From the NCBI GenBank assembly GCA_963745835.1, contig CAVUZH010000024.1, forward strand, positions 1 to 64,000: 64,000 bases of DNA. The letters are read 5' to 3'. The notes beneath the pieces were generated by a model. The model was not told the origin of the DNA, did no database searches, and worked only from the letters and a program-made list of their open reading frames with translations. The stretch comes from an uncultured delta proteobacterium (GTDB lineage: Bacteria > Desulfobacterota > Binatia > UBA9968). This document shows, in pieces, positions 18,615 to 28,653 of the stretch. The position numbers were made by a program, and so were the translations under genes. The first letter of the stretch is position 1. Each line of letters opens with the position of its first letter.

Positions 18615-19361
18615 TCAACCGAGTGATTCTAGCAAACGACCAAAGTGCTTTATTTCGATCCGCCGCTGAAGGGTTTTGAAGCAATTCCAAATCATAGCTG
18701 GAAGCGAGCTGATCACCGGCTTCCCGAGTTCCTTCTCCAGAACATTGATGTTTTCAACAAACGGCATAGGAGCACCAGCGACGTAAAGAGCATCACTTGC
18801 TGAATCCAGGAGCGCCGTTTCCCTAGCGAACTGATAGGTTTCCGATAACCGTAACTGCGCCGTAGCAAGAGAGAGGGGTCGTTCGCTGGGCAAGCCAGAA
18901 ATTCCTCGTATGACTTCAACAGTGAAGCCACTGCGCTGAAGGTATTCGCGAATGAGTTTGTTCAATTGGTCACCGAAAGGTGTGGCAACAACAACGCGCC
19001 TTGCCGCCATATATTGCAATGCACTAACAGTAGAGTCTATATCGGTCACCGCCGGTAATCCGGTTGCTTCTGTAATAGCGTGAACTAGTTGTGCGGAGTA
19101 ATCTGGTCCGCGAGTAGCTACAACCGGCACTCCAGACTGGACGATAATTTCCACTCCGGTAGCCGCTAAAGCCGTTGCAGCCTCCAGAATTCGTCCCCGG
19201 ACACGGTCGAGTTCGTCCAGCGTTAGAACCTCCGTACCAAGCGAAATAGTGGCCCATGTAGCGCCTGAACCTGGAGGCAAAATACTATAGAACTGATAAA
19301 GCATCGTCTCGTTGATCCGAGACGGATTAATCCCGCCGATCCGTATTTCCGCGCCATACAT
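18615..19361 (-). CDS. Asp/Glu racemase superfamily (maleate isomerase/arylmalonate decarboxylase-like) protein without catalytic cysteines
   Basis: RIGGINPS, TGLPAVT, RRVVVATPF, N..I..YL...GF.V, LEKELGKPVISS; ATG 19361 after GAGGA. Confidence 0.8.
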   Translation of the reverse strand: MYGAEIRIGGINPSRINETMLYQFYSILPPGSGATWATISLGTEVLTLDELDRVRGRILEAATALAATGVEIIVQSGVPVVATRGPDYSAQLVHAITEATGLPAVTDIDSTVSALQYMAARRVVVATPFGDQLNKLIREYLQRSGFTVEVIRGISGLPSERPLSLATAQLRLSETYQFARETALLDSASDALYVAGAPMPFVENINVLEKELGKPVISSLPAMIWNCFKTLQRRIEIKHFGRLLESLG

Positions 19362-19410
19362 CTGTTTATATCCTCTCAGTAGTAGGTTGTCGGGCAGAAT
19401 TGGGAGCTGT

Positions 19411-20523
19411 CTACCGGCCCTGGTCGTATGCACGGTAGAAATCGGCGTTCTGTAGCTCTTTTATGAATCGTGATCGGAAGAATCTTTCTGGTTCGGCTCG
19501 GCATGCCTGTGGTGCTTGTCCGGATACGCACAAGCTCTCGAGGTCTGCTTTGATTCCGTCAGCTGTGGGCACGGGAATTTCTTCAGTGATCGGCGCAAAC
19601 GTCTCATAGCTACCGGTTAATAGGGAAGCGTCATTCAGCCGCGTATACTTCGTCATAGTCTTAAAAGCGAAGCTCTTATCCTGCTTAAACCGAAGCGCGC
19701 CTTCGGAGATTGCCGCAACTAGACGTCGCACGGCGTCTGGGTTTGAATTTATAAGTTTCTCAGTAACGGCGATGGTCACAGATTGGCTTTTTAGACCCAT
19801 TTCGGACAGCTTGGCCAATTCTCTGAACCCTGCTTGTACCGCTTTTGTTCGTGTAGGCTCCGAAAGAAGTGTGCCGTCAACTTGACCAGTCGATAACGCA
19901 GCCAAATATCCTGGTTGATCGCCAAGGCCACTCACAATGGTTACATCCTTATTAGGATCCAAGCCCCATTGTTTGAGCGCACGGCTGAGGAGAAAGAATA
20001 CCGACGAACTCCTTACGCCGGTCATCAATTTCTTTCCTTTCAGATCGGCGGGTTTCTGAATGTCGGGTCGTACCATGACGGATTGGTGCGGCTTGTTTAT
20101 TAAGCCGGCCACAGAAACAATATCCAGTCCCCCGAGATTTGCGAGAAGAACTGTAGGACCGGCGATCGCGAGAAAGTCGAGACTCCCCGCATTCATCGCT
20201 TCAACCGGCCGATTAGCCTGACTGATAAGTAGAAGTGCCACATCGAGTCCATATTTTTCGAAGAAACCGGCTTCCTTTGAGATCCACGGCACCCACATGG
20301 ATCCGCTTAGCGCTACATATGCGCCTCGTAAGCTGATGGGCTTGGAAAGAGGGCGAAGGAAGTCTTGCTGGCCGACAGGTCCTCTTTCTGCTGCGAACAA
20401 ATCGAGTTCACTGAATCCGCAAGTTACGCTTAAAACAAGCATGACTAAAAGACAGGACGTTCTCAGAACCCCTCCACATTCGCTTCTCCTTTGCTTGATC
20501 TTCAATAGCCTCATGCAACTCAC
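19411..20523 (-). CDS. ABC substrate-binding protein (NMT1/THI5/SsuA-like); start uncertain
   Basis: WISKEAGFFEKYGLDV, DLKGKK, WGLDPNKDV, NPDAVRRLV; candidate GTG start at 20523 after AAGGAG. Confidence 0.8.
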   Translation of the reverse strand: MSCMRLLKIKQRRSECGGVLRTSCLLVMLVLSVTCGFSELDLFAAERGPVGQQDFLRPLSKPISLRGAYVALSGSMWVPWISKEAGFFEKYGLDVALLLISQANRPVEAMNAGSLDFLAIAGPTVLLANLGGLDIVSVAGLINKPHQSVMVRPDIQKPADLKGKKLMTGVRSSSVFFLLSRALKQWGLDPNKDVTIVSGLGDQPGYLAALSTGQVDGTLLSEPTRTKAVQAGFRELAKLSEMGLKSQSVTIAVTEKLINSNPDAVRRLVAAISEGALRFKQDKSFAFKTMTKYTRLNDASLLTGSYETFAPITEEIPVPTADGIKADLESLCVSGQAPQACRAEPERFFRSRFIKELQNADFYRAYDQGR

Positions 20524-20646
20524 AAGCTGACAACTCCTTAATGTACTCCCCGTAACTTTACCGGTACTTCTACCTAACACTCACGAGCAGAATCCAAGAT
20601 CAGTCTTCTGTACCAAAGTCAGCCCGTTTTTATTAGTTGGTCGCTC

Positions 20647-21738
20647 TTAAAATGAGTAGAGCTTTTGGGGATTATCGCAGAGTATCTTTTCTATAGTTTG
20701 ACTCGGCACGTCCTTGCGGCTCCTCATCGTACTGACAAGCTGATTTTCCTCCGAAGGATCGTTGTGGCCATAATCTGACCCTATGATCACGTGATCTTCC
20801 CCTATATGTTGAAGGAGATAAGGCAAGTCTTCGTCTGCTTCGCATGCGATATAGAACCTGTAGTCGCGGAAAACGTCGGCACCCGAGCCGTGTTTCCAAC
20901 GCGTACGCAACAGACGCCTCATAGTGTGGAGAACAAACGGAACCCAACCAGCAGAGGCCTCAATAAACCCAAACCTCAACGTTGGAAAAAGCTCCGGTAC
21001 TCCATTAGACACGAGATCTCTAAACGCAATCATCGGCAGTATTCGATTGTGTGCGAAAGTATGGTTTCTCTGAACGTTGAAAATCGACATCATTGAAGGC
21101 GCGCCTGATCCCGTGTGAATGCATATAGGCAGATTGAATTTGCTCGCGGCTGCATAAACCGGAAAAAGATAAGGATTATCTAACGTCTTATCTCCCTCAA
21201 TCCCGCGAAAGAAAAGGCCCACCGCACCGTTTTCCCTCGCCCACTTCATCTCCTTAATTGACTCTTCAATAGATCGTAAGGGAAGAATAGCGATCCATCG
21301 TAATCTATTACCACCTTTGGAGCAGCTATCTGCCAACCATCGGTTATAGGCCCGGCATAAAGCTATTTCTAAGCCTACATCGTCCGTTAAATAAATTAAG
21401 AACAGCGTGGGATATATTACCTGGACGTCAACTCCCAGTCTGTCCATATCCCTCAAGCGAGCTTTCGGGTCAGTAATTTCTCGGCAGGCAATGTTAATGT
21501 CGCCTCTTGTGGATTCTCGAGTGGATGCAGAAGGGGTGATGAGAAAGAAACTCGCTTTGCCTGCAGGTTTGGGAACAATATTGCCATCTATCAACCAAAC
21601 GGCATCGCGATCGTTATACCATGTGTCCTTAGGGACAGAGATCACCACCGGCCGACGCGGGTACATCTCTTTGTCCATAAACTCCCACATCGCCTCCGAT
21701 TCACATACGTGAGTATCGGCGTCGATAACTTGTGGCAT
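20647..21738 (-). CDS. Amidohydrolase 2 family protein (decarboxylase/hydratase-like)
   Basis: IDADTH, DMDRLGVDVQVIYPT, AYNRWL, ICIH, FIEASAGW, GSDYGH; ATG 21738 after GGAGG. Confidence 0.88.
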   Translation of the reverse strand: MPQVIDADTHVCESEAMWEFMDKEMYPRRPVVISVPKDTWYNDRDAVWLIDGNIVPKPAGKASFFLITPSASTRESTRGDINIACREITDPKARLRDMDRLGVDVQVIYPTLFLIYLTDDVGLEIALCRAYNRWLADSCSKGGNRLRWIAILPLRSIEESIKEMKWARENGAVGLFFRGIEGDKTLDNPYLFPVYAAASKFNLPICIHTGSGAPSMMSIFNVQRNHTFAHNRILPMIAFRDLVSNGVPELFPTLRFGFIEASAGWVPFVLHTMRRLLRTRWKHGSGADVFRDYRFYIACEADEDLPYLLQHIGEDHVIIGSDYGHNDPSEENQLVSTMRSRKDVPSQTIEKILCDNPQKLYSF

Positions 21739-21782
21739 AGAAAACCTCCATTTTTCTGGATCGATCTGTTGGGTGAGCTCGT

Positions 21783-22473
21783 CTATTCTTTTGATGCATC
21801 TTCTTCGCAAGGTGCCCAGATCCGACGAAATGCGCCTTTCGATTTCAAAATATCTGATTCAATTTCAGCCATCGTATCTTCATCCAAAACTTGCAACTCC
21901 CCCATGCTCGCGCTAATCCACGCGCGATGAGCATTGTCTTCGAGGATGAAGGCTCCTGCCAACATTTCTTCAACATTGGTACCGGTAACAACCACGCCAT
22001 GAGCCTTCAACAGGGCTGCACGGCATTTGCCCAGTGTCTTGGCCAGAGCGCTGCCCCGCTCGGCATCACTTATGAGCCTGGAATCAGGATGAACTGGGAT
22101 ACCACTTCTAAATATGGACGCCAAAAAGTACGCAGGCTTGAGAGGGATATCGCTCATTGTAAATGAGGTGAAAAATAGACAATGGAAGTGCGCGATACTG
22201 GCCACATCGGGCCGTCGCTTATAGATCTCAAGGTGGATCGGCAACTCTGCAGGAAGAACTAATTGCGGTGACATGCAGTTTCCAGCCACGTCTAATACTA
22301 TAAAGTCATCCGCTGAAACTTTAGAAGTCAGTGCATGCCGAGACAACAGGAAATGATCATTCGAATGGACGCGGGCACTTATGTGTCCAAATCCATCAAC
22401 AAATCCGCGTTTGTAAAAGAACTTCCATGCCTTTTATAAGTTTTTCGGTTATAGACGTAAGCTCGGAATCCAT
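21783..22473 (-). pseudogene. Class II aldolase/adducin family protein, one frameshift near 22415
   Basis: GFGHISAR, ELPIHLEIY..RPDV.SIAHFH, LLKAHGVVV; N-terminus MDSELTSITEKL... (ATG 22473) is in another frame across a T-run. Confidence 0.75.
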
Positions 22474-22501
22474 GGCAATGACTCGCCAGATCTGCAACTG
22501 G

Positions 22502-23314
22502 CTATGCACTTTGGCTTTTAGGAAGCCCCATCACTTTTACCAACTGTTGAGCCAACCCCGTTAAAGGTAGACCGAGCTCAAGTGTCTCCGCGAATTCCAA
22601 AGCAAGAGACAAGTCTTTCTGGACCCACGGCATAGTCATCGTCTGAAAATATTCGATGGTCCCATTTCCGCCAGTGCTCATCTTAATAGCTTTGGCGAGT
22701 ACAGTCTTGTCGACGCCGCACTTATCGGCCAGACTAAAGGCCTCATGGTTCGCGACGACAGACACCCACAGTAGGATATTGTGTATCAATTTACCGACCT
22801 GGCCGCAGCCGGCTGGTCCTAGGTGGAAGATATCGGCACAAAAAGTTTGAAAGACTGGCCGAGCCTTTTCAAATGCGGTCGGATCTCCACTGCCTAACAT
22901 AAGGAGGTTACCCGCGATGGCCCCTTGCTCTGCGCGTGTGACCGGGGTATCCAAAAGAGCGATGCCCTTTCGTCGGGCGACTTCCTCGAGTTCCACGATT
23001 GTCGATTGCTTGACCGTACTACAAACCACCAGGACGGTTCCCTTTGCCATATTTGCAACCAGACCATTCTCGCCACCGCACACTTCGCGTAACTCATGAT
23101 CATAGCCAACCATGACAATAACGATATCGCACTGTTTAGCGAGAGCCGCAGTGGTTGAAGAAGCATGTGCGCCTTGTTCTGCCAAAGCCTTCACTTTGGA
23201 AAGATCGAGATCGTGAACGTAAAGTGTGTAGCCGGCTTTCAAAATGTGTCCGGCGATAGGAGCACCCATTTTCCCAAGTCCAATTAGACCAACATTGAGT
23301 GGGGCCATGATCAA
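22502..23314 (-). CDS. NAD(P)-dependent beta-hydroxyacid dehydrogenase (3-hydroxyisobutyrate/tartronate semialdehyde family)
   Basis: VGLIGLGKMG, LDTPV, GQVGKLIHN, KDL.LA. Confidence 0.9.
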   Translation of the reverse strand: MIMAPLNVGLIGLGKMGAPIAGHILKAGYTLYVHDLDLSKVKALAEQGAHASSTTAALAKQCDIVIVMVGYDHELREVCGGENGLVANMAKGTVLVVCSTVKQSTIVELEEVARRKGIALLDTPVTRAEQGAIAGNLLMLGSGDPTAFEKARPVFQTFCADIFHLGPAGCGQVGKLIHNILLWVSVVANHEAFSLADKCGVDKTVLAKAIKMSTGGNGTIEYFQTMTMPWVQKDLSLALEFAETLELGLPLTGLAQQLVKVMGLPKSQSA

Positions 23315-23329
23315 CTCCTTCGAATCCTA

Positions 23330-24347
23330 TTACTTCAGTAAAACGTCCTGCAGTTTAGAAACAGTAGAACTTTTCAACTTGTATAATGAAGCAATGCGTT
23401 TATCGACATCCTCACCCGAGATGGGATCGATATCCAGTTTAGCTTTTGCCGCTTCTGACAGAAATTCTTGATCCTTCATTGTATCCATAAAGGCTTTACG
23501 TAGAAGCTGGACGCGTTCTTTTGGAGTGCCCGGAGTTAGAGAATAGATGCGCGTCAGGATAGCAGCATCATGAATACCCACTTCTATGAGCTGACGTGCG
23601 TCGTCGCTTTTTGCAAAATCAATCGCCAGTGGGACCTTTAGGAGATCCGGATGAGGTTTCGGCGTAACTTGAAGGATCACGTTTGCATCTCCCGATTCGA
23701 TCGCTTTAGTCCAGGCAACTTTAAAAACCTCCCAAGGATGGCATGTACCGACAAGTTCTCCTGCCTCCATTGCCAGTCGGATATCGGCAAAACCTTTGTA
23801 GCCAGATATGAGCTGGATAGGTAGATTCAGAGCTGACTTTCAGTATCTTGGTCGTGTTGTCAACGAGACTGCCCTGACCGGCGCCCCCCAACTTAAGAGG
23901 GGCCTTGGCGGCAAACCAATCTTTCATACTGTTGATGCCACTGGCCTTCGTTACAGCACATGCCCCGCTTTGAGGCGATGGGACGCCAATGTACTCGAAA
24001 TTCAATCCTTTAAACTCGACTCCTGGGCGTCCGATGATTTCATCGAGAAGCAACGTCCCAATGAAATTTCCGATCGTTAACCCGTCTGGTTTGATGCCCT
24101 TGTACATGTGGTTGGCTACTATTAGCCCGCCGGCCCCTGGCCTATTCTCCACAATAATATTTGGATTACCGGGTATGTATTTGGGCATGTGCCTGGCAAT
24201 AGCTCTGGAATAGATGTCGAATCCACCGCCCGCTGAAAAGCCAACGATCATGTGAATCGTTTTTCCCCGATAGAATTCGTGATTCGAAGCGTAACCGAGG
24301 TCGGCTAGAAGCCCTATCGTTAATACAAGAAACAATATTTGTCTCAT
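23330..24347 (-). pseudogene. TctC/Bug substrate-binding protein, one frameshift near 23840
   Basis: ORF 23721-24347 (VGFSAGGGFD, NRPGAG, KPDGLT) joins ORF 23330-23770 through SALNLPIQLISGYKGFADIRLA; paralog of 15602-16636. Confidence 0.8.
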
Positions 24348-25052
24348 CGTTCCCTCCCGAAATGACCGTCGCGTTCAGCCGTAGCTTCAACCTCGAGCAG
24401 ACCCTTGTCACGGGCAAACCCATCAACAAATTCGAATTCTGTTTTGCTAAGTTCCAGTCGATTTGCTTCTCGCAAGAGATTTTTGAGTACCTGGAGGTTT
24501 TGAGTCCTGCTCACATAGACCGAGAATCTAACCACATGCTTCCAGCTCGTTGATGCGGTTTTTAGAACGTCGTCTATGTCGGCCAAAACTGCTGACACTT
24601 GATTCTCGAGACGATCTAATTCCGATGTAAATCCGGACACAAAGGCAATTGAATCATAGCGCAGCCAAGAAATATAAAGTCCGTGAGGGCTCAAAATCGA
24701 CTGGTTGTCTCTCGGCCTCTGGACGTGATGGTCTCATTGCGAGTAAGTCAAGAGCTACGCGTGCATTCGAGTCGAAGTGACTGGCCGAAATATAACTAGA
24801 GCTTGCCGCTTTCCGTTTGCCGCTTAGGATCTTGCTCCGAGCGTGCGTTGCCAGCTCGCGCGCGTCTTTGTCAGCGCGCAAAGATCCGCGTTCGAACGGT
24901 GTTCTCCAGAGACAAATTAGACGCTCTCAAGCTCGCGTTTCGAAACGTTCGAACAACTCTTCGGTCTGTTGCTCGACTGATCCTGATCCGCGAGCCTCAC
25001 CCGAGAGCAATATGAATTCTCTGCCCAGCCAAGGGAAAATGGTTTTGCGCAT
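24344..25052 (-). pseudogene. Tandem-domain Rid (YjgF/YER057c/UK114)-like protein, at least 3 frameshifts
   Basis: Segments MRKTIFPWLGREFILLSGEA, LSLENTVRTRIFA, DKDARELATHARSKIL..VALDLLAM and YDSIAFVSG..LENQV..GLLEVEATA lie in successive frames. Confidence 0.65.
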
Positions 25053-25065
25053 AACTCATCCAATC

Positions 25066-26083
25066 CTATCTTAAGCCAAAAACCTTTTGGAATTCCTCGT
25101 TGTATTTTGTCGTCGTTGCAATCTCAGGATCTAGCGGAACCAAGCGCAGCTTCTTGGGATCCATGTCAGGTACGAGCGGTGGCACGTCATCTCTGGCGGA
25201 GACCCGATTCCTCTTGCGGAGAATCGTTTGCCCTTCCCTGCGAGACACTATAGTTATAAAAAAGTTTTGCAGCATTCGGATGAGGTGCCTTAGCCGCAAT
25301 CACGACTAGTCCGAGATTTACCAGTATCGGATCGGCGGTTCTGACCCAATCTACTGGCTCGCCATTGGCCTTCATCTGCTCGATGCGGTCAGGATAGACA
25401 ATCCCCATCAATGGAAACTCACCTGTAGACATAAGATTTGCTAACAAGCTGTGGCCCGATCGCCAGTGGATCTGCTGGCGCGCCAGTGACTCCATAAAGG
25501 TTCGTCCTTTCTCTTCGCCCCAGTGTTTGAGCATGCCCGCATACCAAAAATATTCTTCCTTATCCATCCCGATTTGCCCTTTCCATTTGGGGTTGAGCAG
25601 ATCCGGCCAATCTTTAGGTGCGTCGGCTTTCGAAACGAGTTTGCTGTTGTAACCGATCGTGCTGTAACCGTTATAAAGTGAGATCCAATGGTGTTTAGGG
25701 TCTTTGAATCCCAAGGGATAATGAGTCGCCTCCGGTGATTCATAAGCTAAAAGCATTCCCCGGTTCTGCAGAGCCTTCAAGGCAAAACCGTTTAAAACAT
25801 CAGCAGTCGCTTTTCCGGCGAGGCTTTCTGTGACGGCACGATTCACCAGCTGTTCACTGCTGGCGCGGAGAACATCGACTTTGACGAAGGGGTATTTAGC
25901 CTCGAACCCTTCTACAAGCGCCTGATTGTCCTCGTTCCTCATGGCAGACCAGAACATCACTTTTCCCTCTTGCTTTGCTCCCCGTATTAGTTCGGTCTCG
26001 CTTTGTCCCCAAGCCATTGCCGTTTCGAGAAACAGAAATGATAAAGCGACCAGCGTCCCGTATGCTCTGTGACGTGATTTCAT
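25066..26083 (-). pseudogene. ABC substrate-binding protein (AfuA-like), one frameshift near 25235
   Basis: Signal peptide, GAKQEGKV, YNSKLV..PKDWPDLLNPKWKG, APHPNAAKLF; C-terminus SREGQTIL..FQKVFGLR is in ORF 25066-25299. Confidence 0.8.
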
Positions 26084-26220
26084 GATGAACTCCTTTCTGA
26101 GTTCGCCCGATTACGGCCCGCGTTCAATGCTGACCAGAGAATCTAACCCCTCAAGCGACATGCTTTAAACTCGATTCGCTTCGCGTTGGCCAAGTGGTAA
26201 TAGCGAGTCGGGACTGCCAC

Positions 26221-27215
26221 CTAGAGGTTGAGAAGCTTAGCAGCGTTGCCACCCAGAATGCTTTGTGAACCTGATATTCCGGCGCGCTCTAAGTAATCCG
26301 ATCGGATCTCGATCTCCAGTATTGTCGTAAGGATAGTCTGTCCCGACCATGAGATGCTCGGCGCCTGCTAAACCATGCAAGAACTTAAGCCCGCGAGCGT
26401 CATGCGTCATCGTATCGAAATAGAAACGTTGAAAGTATTCCTCGGGCACCCGCGGCATGGTTCGTATCTCCGGAATCTGAGAATAACCGCAGGTGATCCG
26501 ACCGAGAAGGTAAGGAAGCGCGCCCCCGCCGTGCACTAGGCACACGTTCAGCGTCGGATAACGCTCCATGAGACCGCCAAAAATCAGCGATGCCGCGGCT
26601 ATTGCGGTATCCATCGGATTTCCAATGAGATTACTCAGAAAATATTTGCCTAGCCGCTCTTTTCCTGCAACCTGATCCTGGTGTGGATGTAATTGCACGA
26701 GAATACCGAGTTCCGCCGCTCGAGCGAAAAACGGCCGGAACGATTCCTCATCCAAGTTTTGTCCATTGATATTCGTCCCAATTTCAACCATGCGAATCCC
26801 TAAAGTCGTGACTGCATAATCGAGTTCTTCGACGGCCGCTCGGCTAAATTGCATCGGTACAGTTGCAACTGGGATGAAGCGACCATTGGATGTCTTGGCA
26901 AAACTCGCATTCGTTTCGTTGTACAAACGGGAGAACGCCTGCGCTTCTCGCTCTGGTAAGCGATAACCAACCATGCTCATTACTGGTGCGAGAACCTGGC
27001 AATCGAGCCGACGTTCCTTCAGTGCTTGCGTCCTCCTGGTAACATCTGAAAGCGCCGGTGATAATCCCAGCGGTTTGCCTTCCCCGCTTACAAAGATCTG
27101 CAAACGGCCTGTTTGATCCTGGTCGATCTTGCACCCGTAGGCTGGACCGTTTTTGCGTAACGCATCAATCCATTCAGGATGGAATAAAGTGAGCGTGCAT
27201 GTCGATGTTCATCAT
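26221..27215 (-). pseudogene. Amidohydrolase 2 family (ACMSD-like) protein, frameshifts near 27180 and 26290
   Basis: MMNIDMHAHF / PEWIDAL..; VQLHPH, LIGNP, VHGGG, YFDT, GTDYPY; tail ILGGNAAKLLNL* in an alternate frame; paralog of 30585-31565. Confidence 0.8.
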
Positions 27216-27288
27216 TTCCTCGGCTTGCAGATTTTATACTTTTACATGCGACGTGATCATACCTCTGCTGCCGATGTCAAGGTTTGAT

Positions 27289-27309
27289 GTTAAACAAAGA
27301 CTGTTTAAC
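27289..27309. promoter_or_regulatory. Perfect 8-bp inverted repeat in a divergent intergenic region (candidate operator)
   Basis: GTTAAACA-AAGAC-TGTTTAAC between divergent genes, 8 nt from a minus-strand TTGACA at 27275-27280. Confidence 0.4.
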
Positions 27310-27444
27310 CAGCCGCAGGATAGACAGTTCAATGGTGATCAGATATAAGCCGGAAAAAGTGCGCGTGAGGGACAATATGAGCGTTAGGAGACGGTCTTGC
27401 TAAAGCAAAATCGTTAGACCCCGCCAATAACGGGAAAAAAACAT

Positions 27445-28452
27445 ATGATCAGGAATGGGAGAACCTATACTCTTATGCGATGGTTCAAAGCGGTTCTTAT
27501 AGTGGGTTTCTTGGCAGTCTTCGCAGAACGTGCTGCGGCCCAAGATAAGATGATTGTCGCAACTCTTCGGAGCGTTAGCCAAGCTTGTTTTTGGGTCGCT
27601 CTAGAGTCTGGATTTTACAAAGAGTACGGGCTCGAGGTGCTCCCCGTCAATTTTAGCGGCGGAACGCAGACGATCACATCTCTACTGTCAGGAGATGTCC
27701 AGATAACAACCACGGGAGGATCAACAGCTATAAATGCGAAGCTTAAAGGCGGTGATGCGGTTCTGATCAGCACCACTTTGGGGACGTTTCCATATACATT
27801 TTACGTTTCGCAGCGGATTCGCTCTGCCGATGATTTGAAGGGCAAGAAGATCGGGATACTCAGCTTCGGCGGTACTGCTTATCCGGCAACGCGCTTTGCT
27901 TTGCAGAAGTTAGGTCTGAATCCCGATTCCGATGTGGCTTTCTTACAAACAGGTGATCAGAAGGCACGCTTCGGGGCCTTGGTCAGTGGAAGCATTGACG
28001 GAACTCTCATTCAGCCCCCGGACACGGTGAAAGCGAAAGAGCTTGGATTCAAGCCGATCCTCGATCTGGCGCAAAGTGGAATCAAATTTCCCATGAACCA
28101 CAATTCCACCACGAGCAAGTTTCTGAAATCTGATCGCGACAAGGTGAAAAGATTTATGATGGGTTATATTGCCGGCCTTGCACGATTGAAAACAGATAGG
28201 GAGTTTTCGCAGAAGGTTCTGGCGAAATATCTGGGCAATCCGAGCCAGGCGATTTTGGATGAAACCTATGATTTCTGGTCCGGGATTTTTCCTGCCAGGC
28301 CCTATGTGGAACGGGAAGAAGTCGAAAACTATCTTGCAACCTTAAAAGACAGAGGTTCCGCTAAGGTCGAAGAGTTTTTCGATAACTCAATCGTTTCGGA
28401 GTTGGATCGTGAAGGCTTCATCGACGCGGTATATAAAAGGAAACTAAGGTAA
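27445..28452 (+). CDS. ABC substrate-binding protein (NMT1/THI5/SsuA-like)
   Basis: Signal peptide (probable ATG 27475, ..AAAQ), WVALESGFYKEYGLEV, DLKGKKIG, LGLNPDSDV. Confidence 0.88.
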   Translation: MIRNGRTYTLMRWFKAVLIVGFLAVFAERAAAQDKMIVATLRSVSQACFWVALESGFYKEYGLEVLPVNFSGGTQTITSLLSGDVQITTTGGSTAINAKLKGGDAVLISTTLGTFPYTFYVSQRIRSADDLKGKKIGILSFGGTAYPATRFALQKLGLNPDSDVAFLQTGDQKARFGALVSGSIDGTLIQPPDTVKAKELGFKPILDLAQSGIKFPMNHNSTTSKFLKSDRDKVKRFMMGYIAGLARLKTDREFSQKVLAKYLGNPSQAILDETYDFWSGIFPARPYVEREEVENYLATLKDRGSAKVEEFFDNSIVSELDREGFIDAVYKRKLR

Positions 28453-28473
28453 CGTCCAGCGGAGGCAACATAT

Positions 28474-28653
28474 ATGGAGGCGCAGGTCAGGAGACTCAAT
28501 GGCGAATACGGTTTCAATTTGAGTGAAGACGAGATCAAGCTAGTTGCACGACAGGCAGAAGAGGCCGAGCGTTTGTTTCAGACTCTGCATGAGCTTGACC
28601 TAACTCACATAATGCCCATTTTGAAAGTCGACAATGAAAAGGTAAAAAAATGA
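28474..28653 (+). CDS. 59-aa GatC/AtzG-like amidase partner protein (not in the ORF track)
   Basis: GGAGG at 28461-28465, ATG 28474, MEAQVRRLNGEYGFNLSEDEIKLVARQAEEAERLFQTLHELDLTHIMPILKVDNEKVKK; stop overlaps the amidase start (ATGA). Confidence 0.75.
   Translation: MEAQVRRLNGEYGFNLSEDEIKLVARQAEEAERLFQTLHELDLTHIMPILKVDNEKVKK

Noticed and set aside
24654-24940. Several TGA stops in the Rid-like region as recoding sites
   Set aside because: Homology-like sequence switches frame at each point and no Cys-equivalent position is involved; indels explain them.
27256-27280. Minus-strand TTGACA...TATGAT promoter
   Set aside because: The spacer is only 13 nt, too short for sigma70 as a pair.
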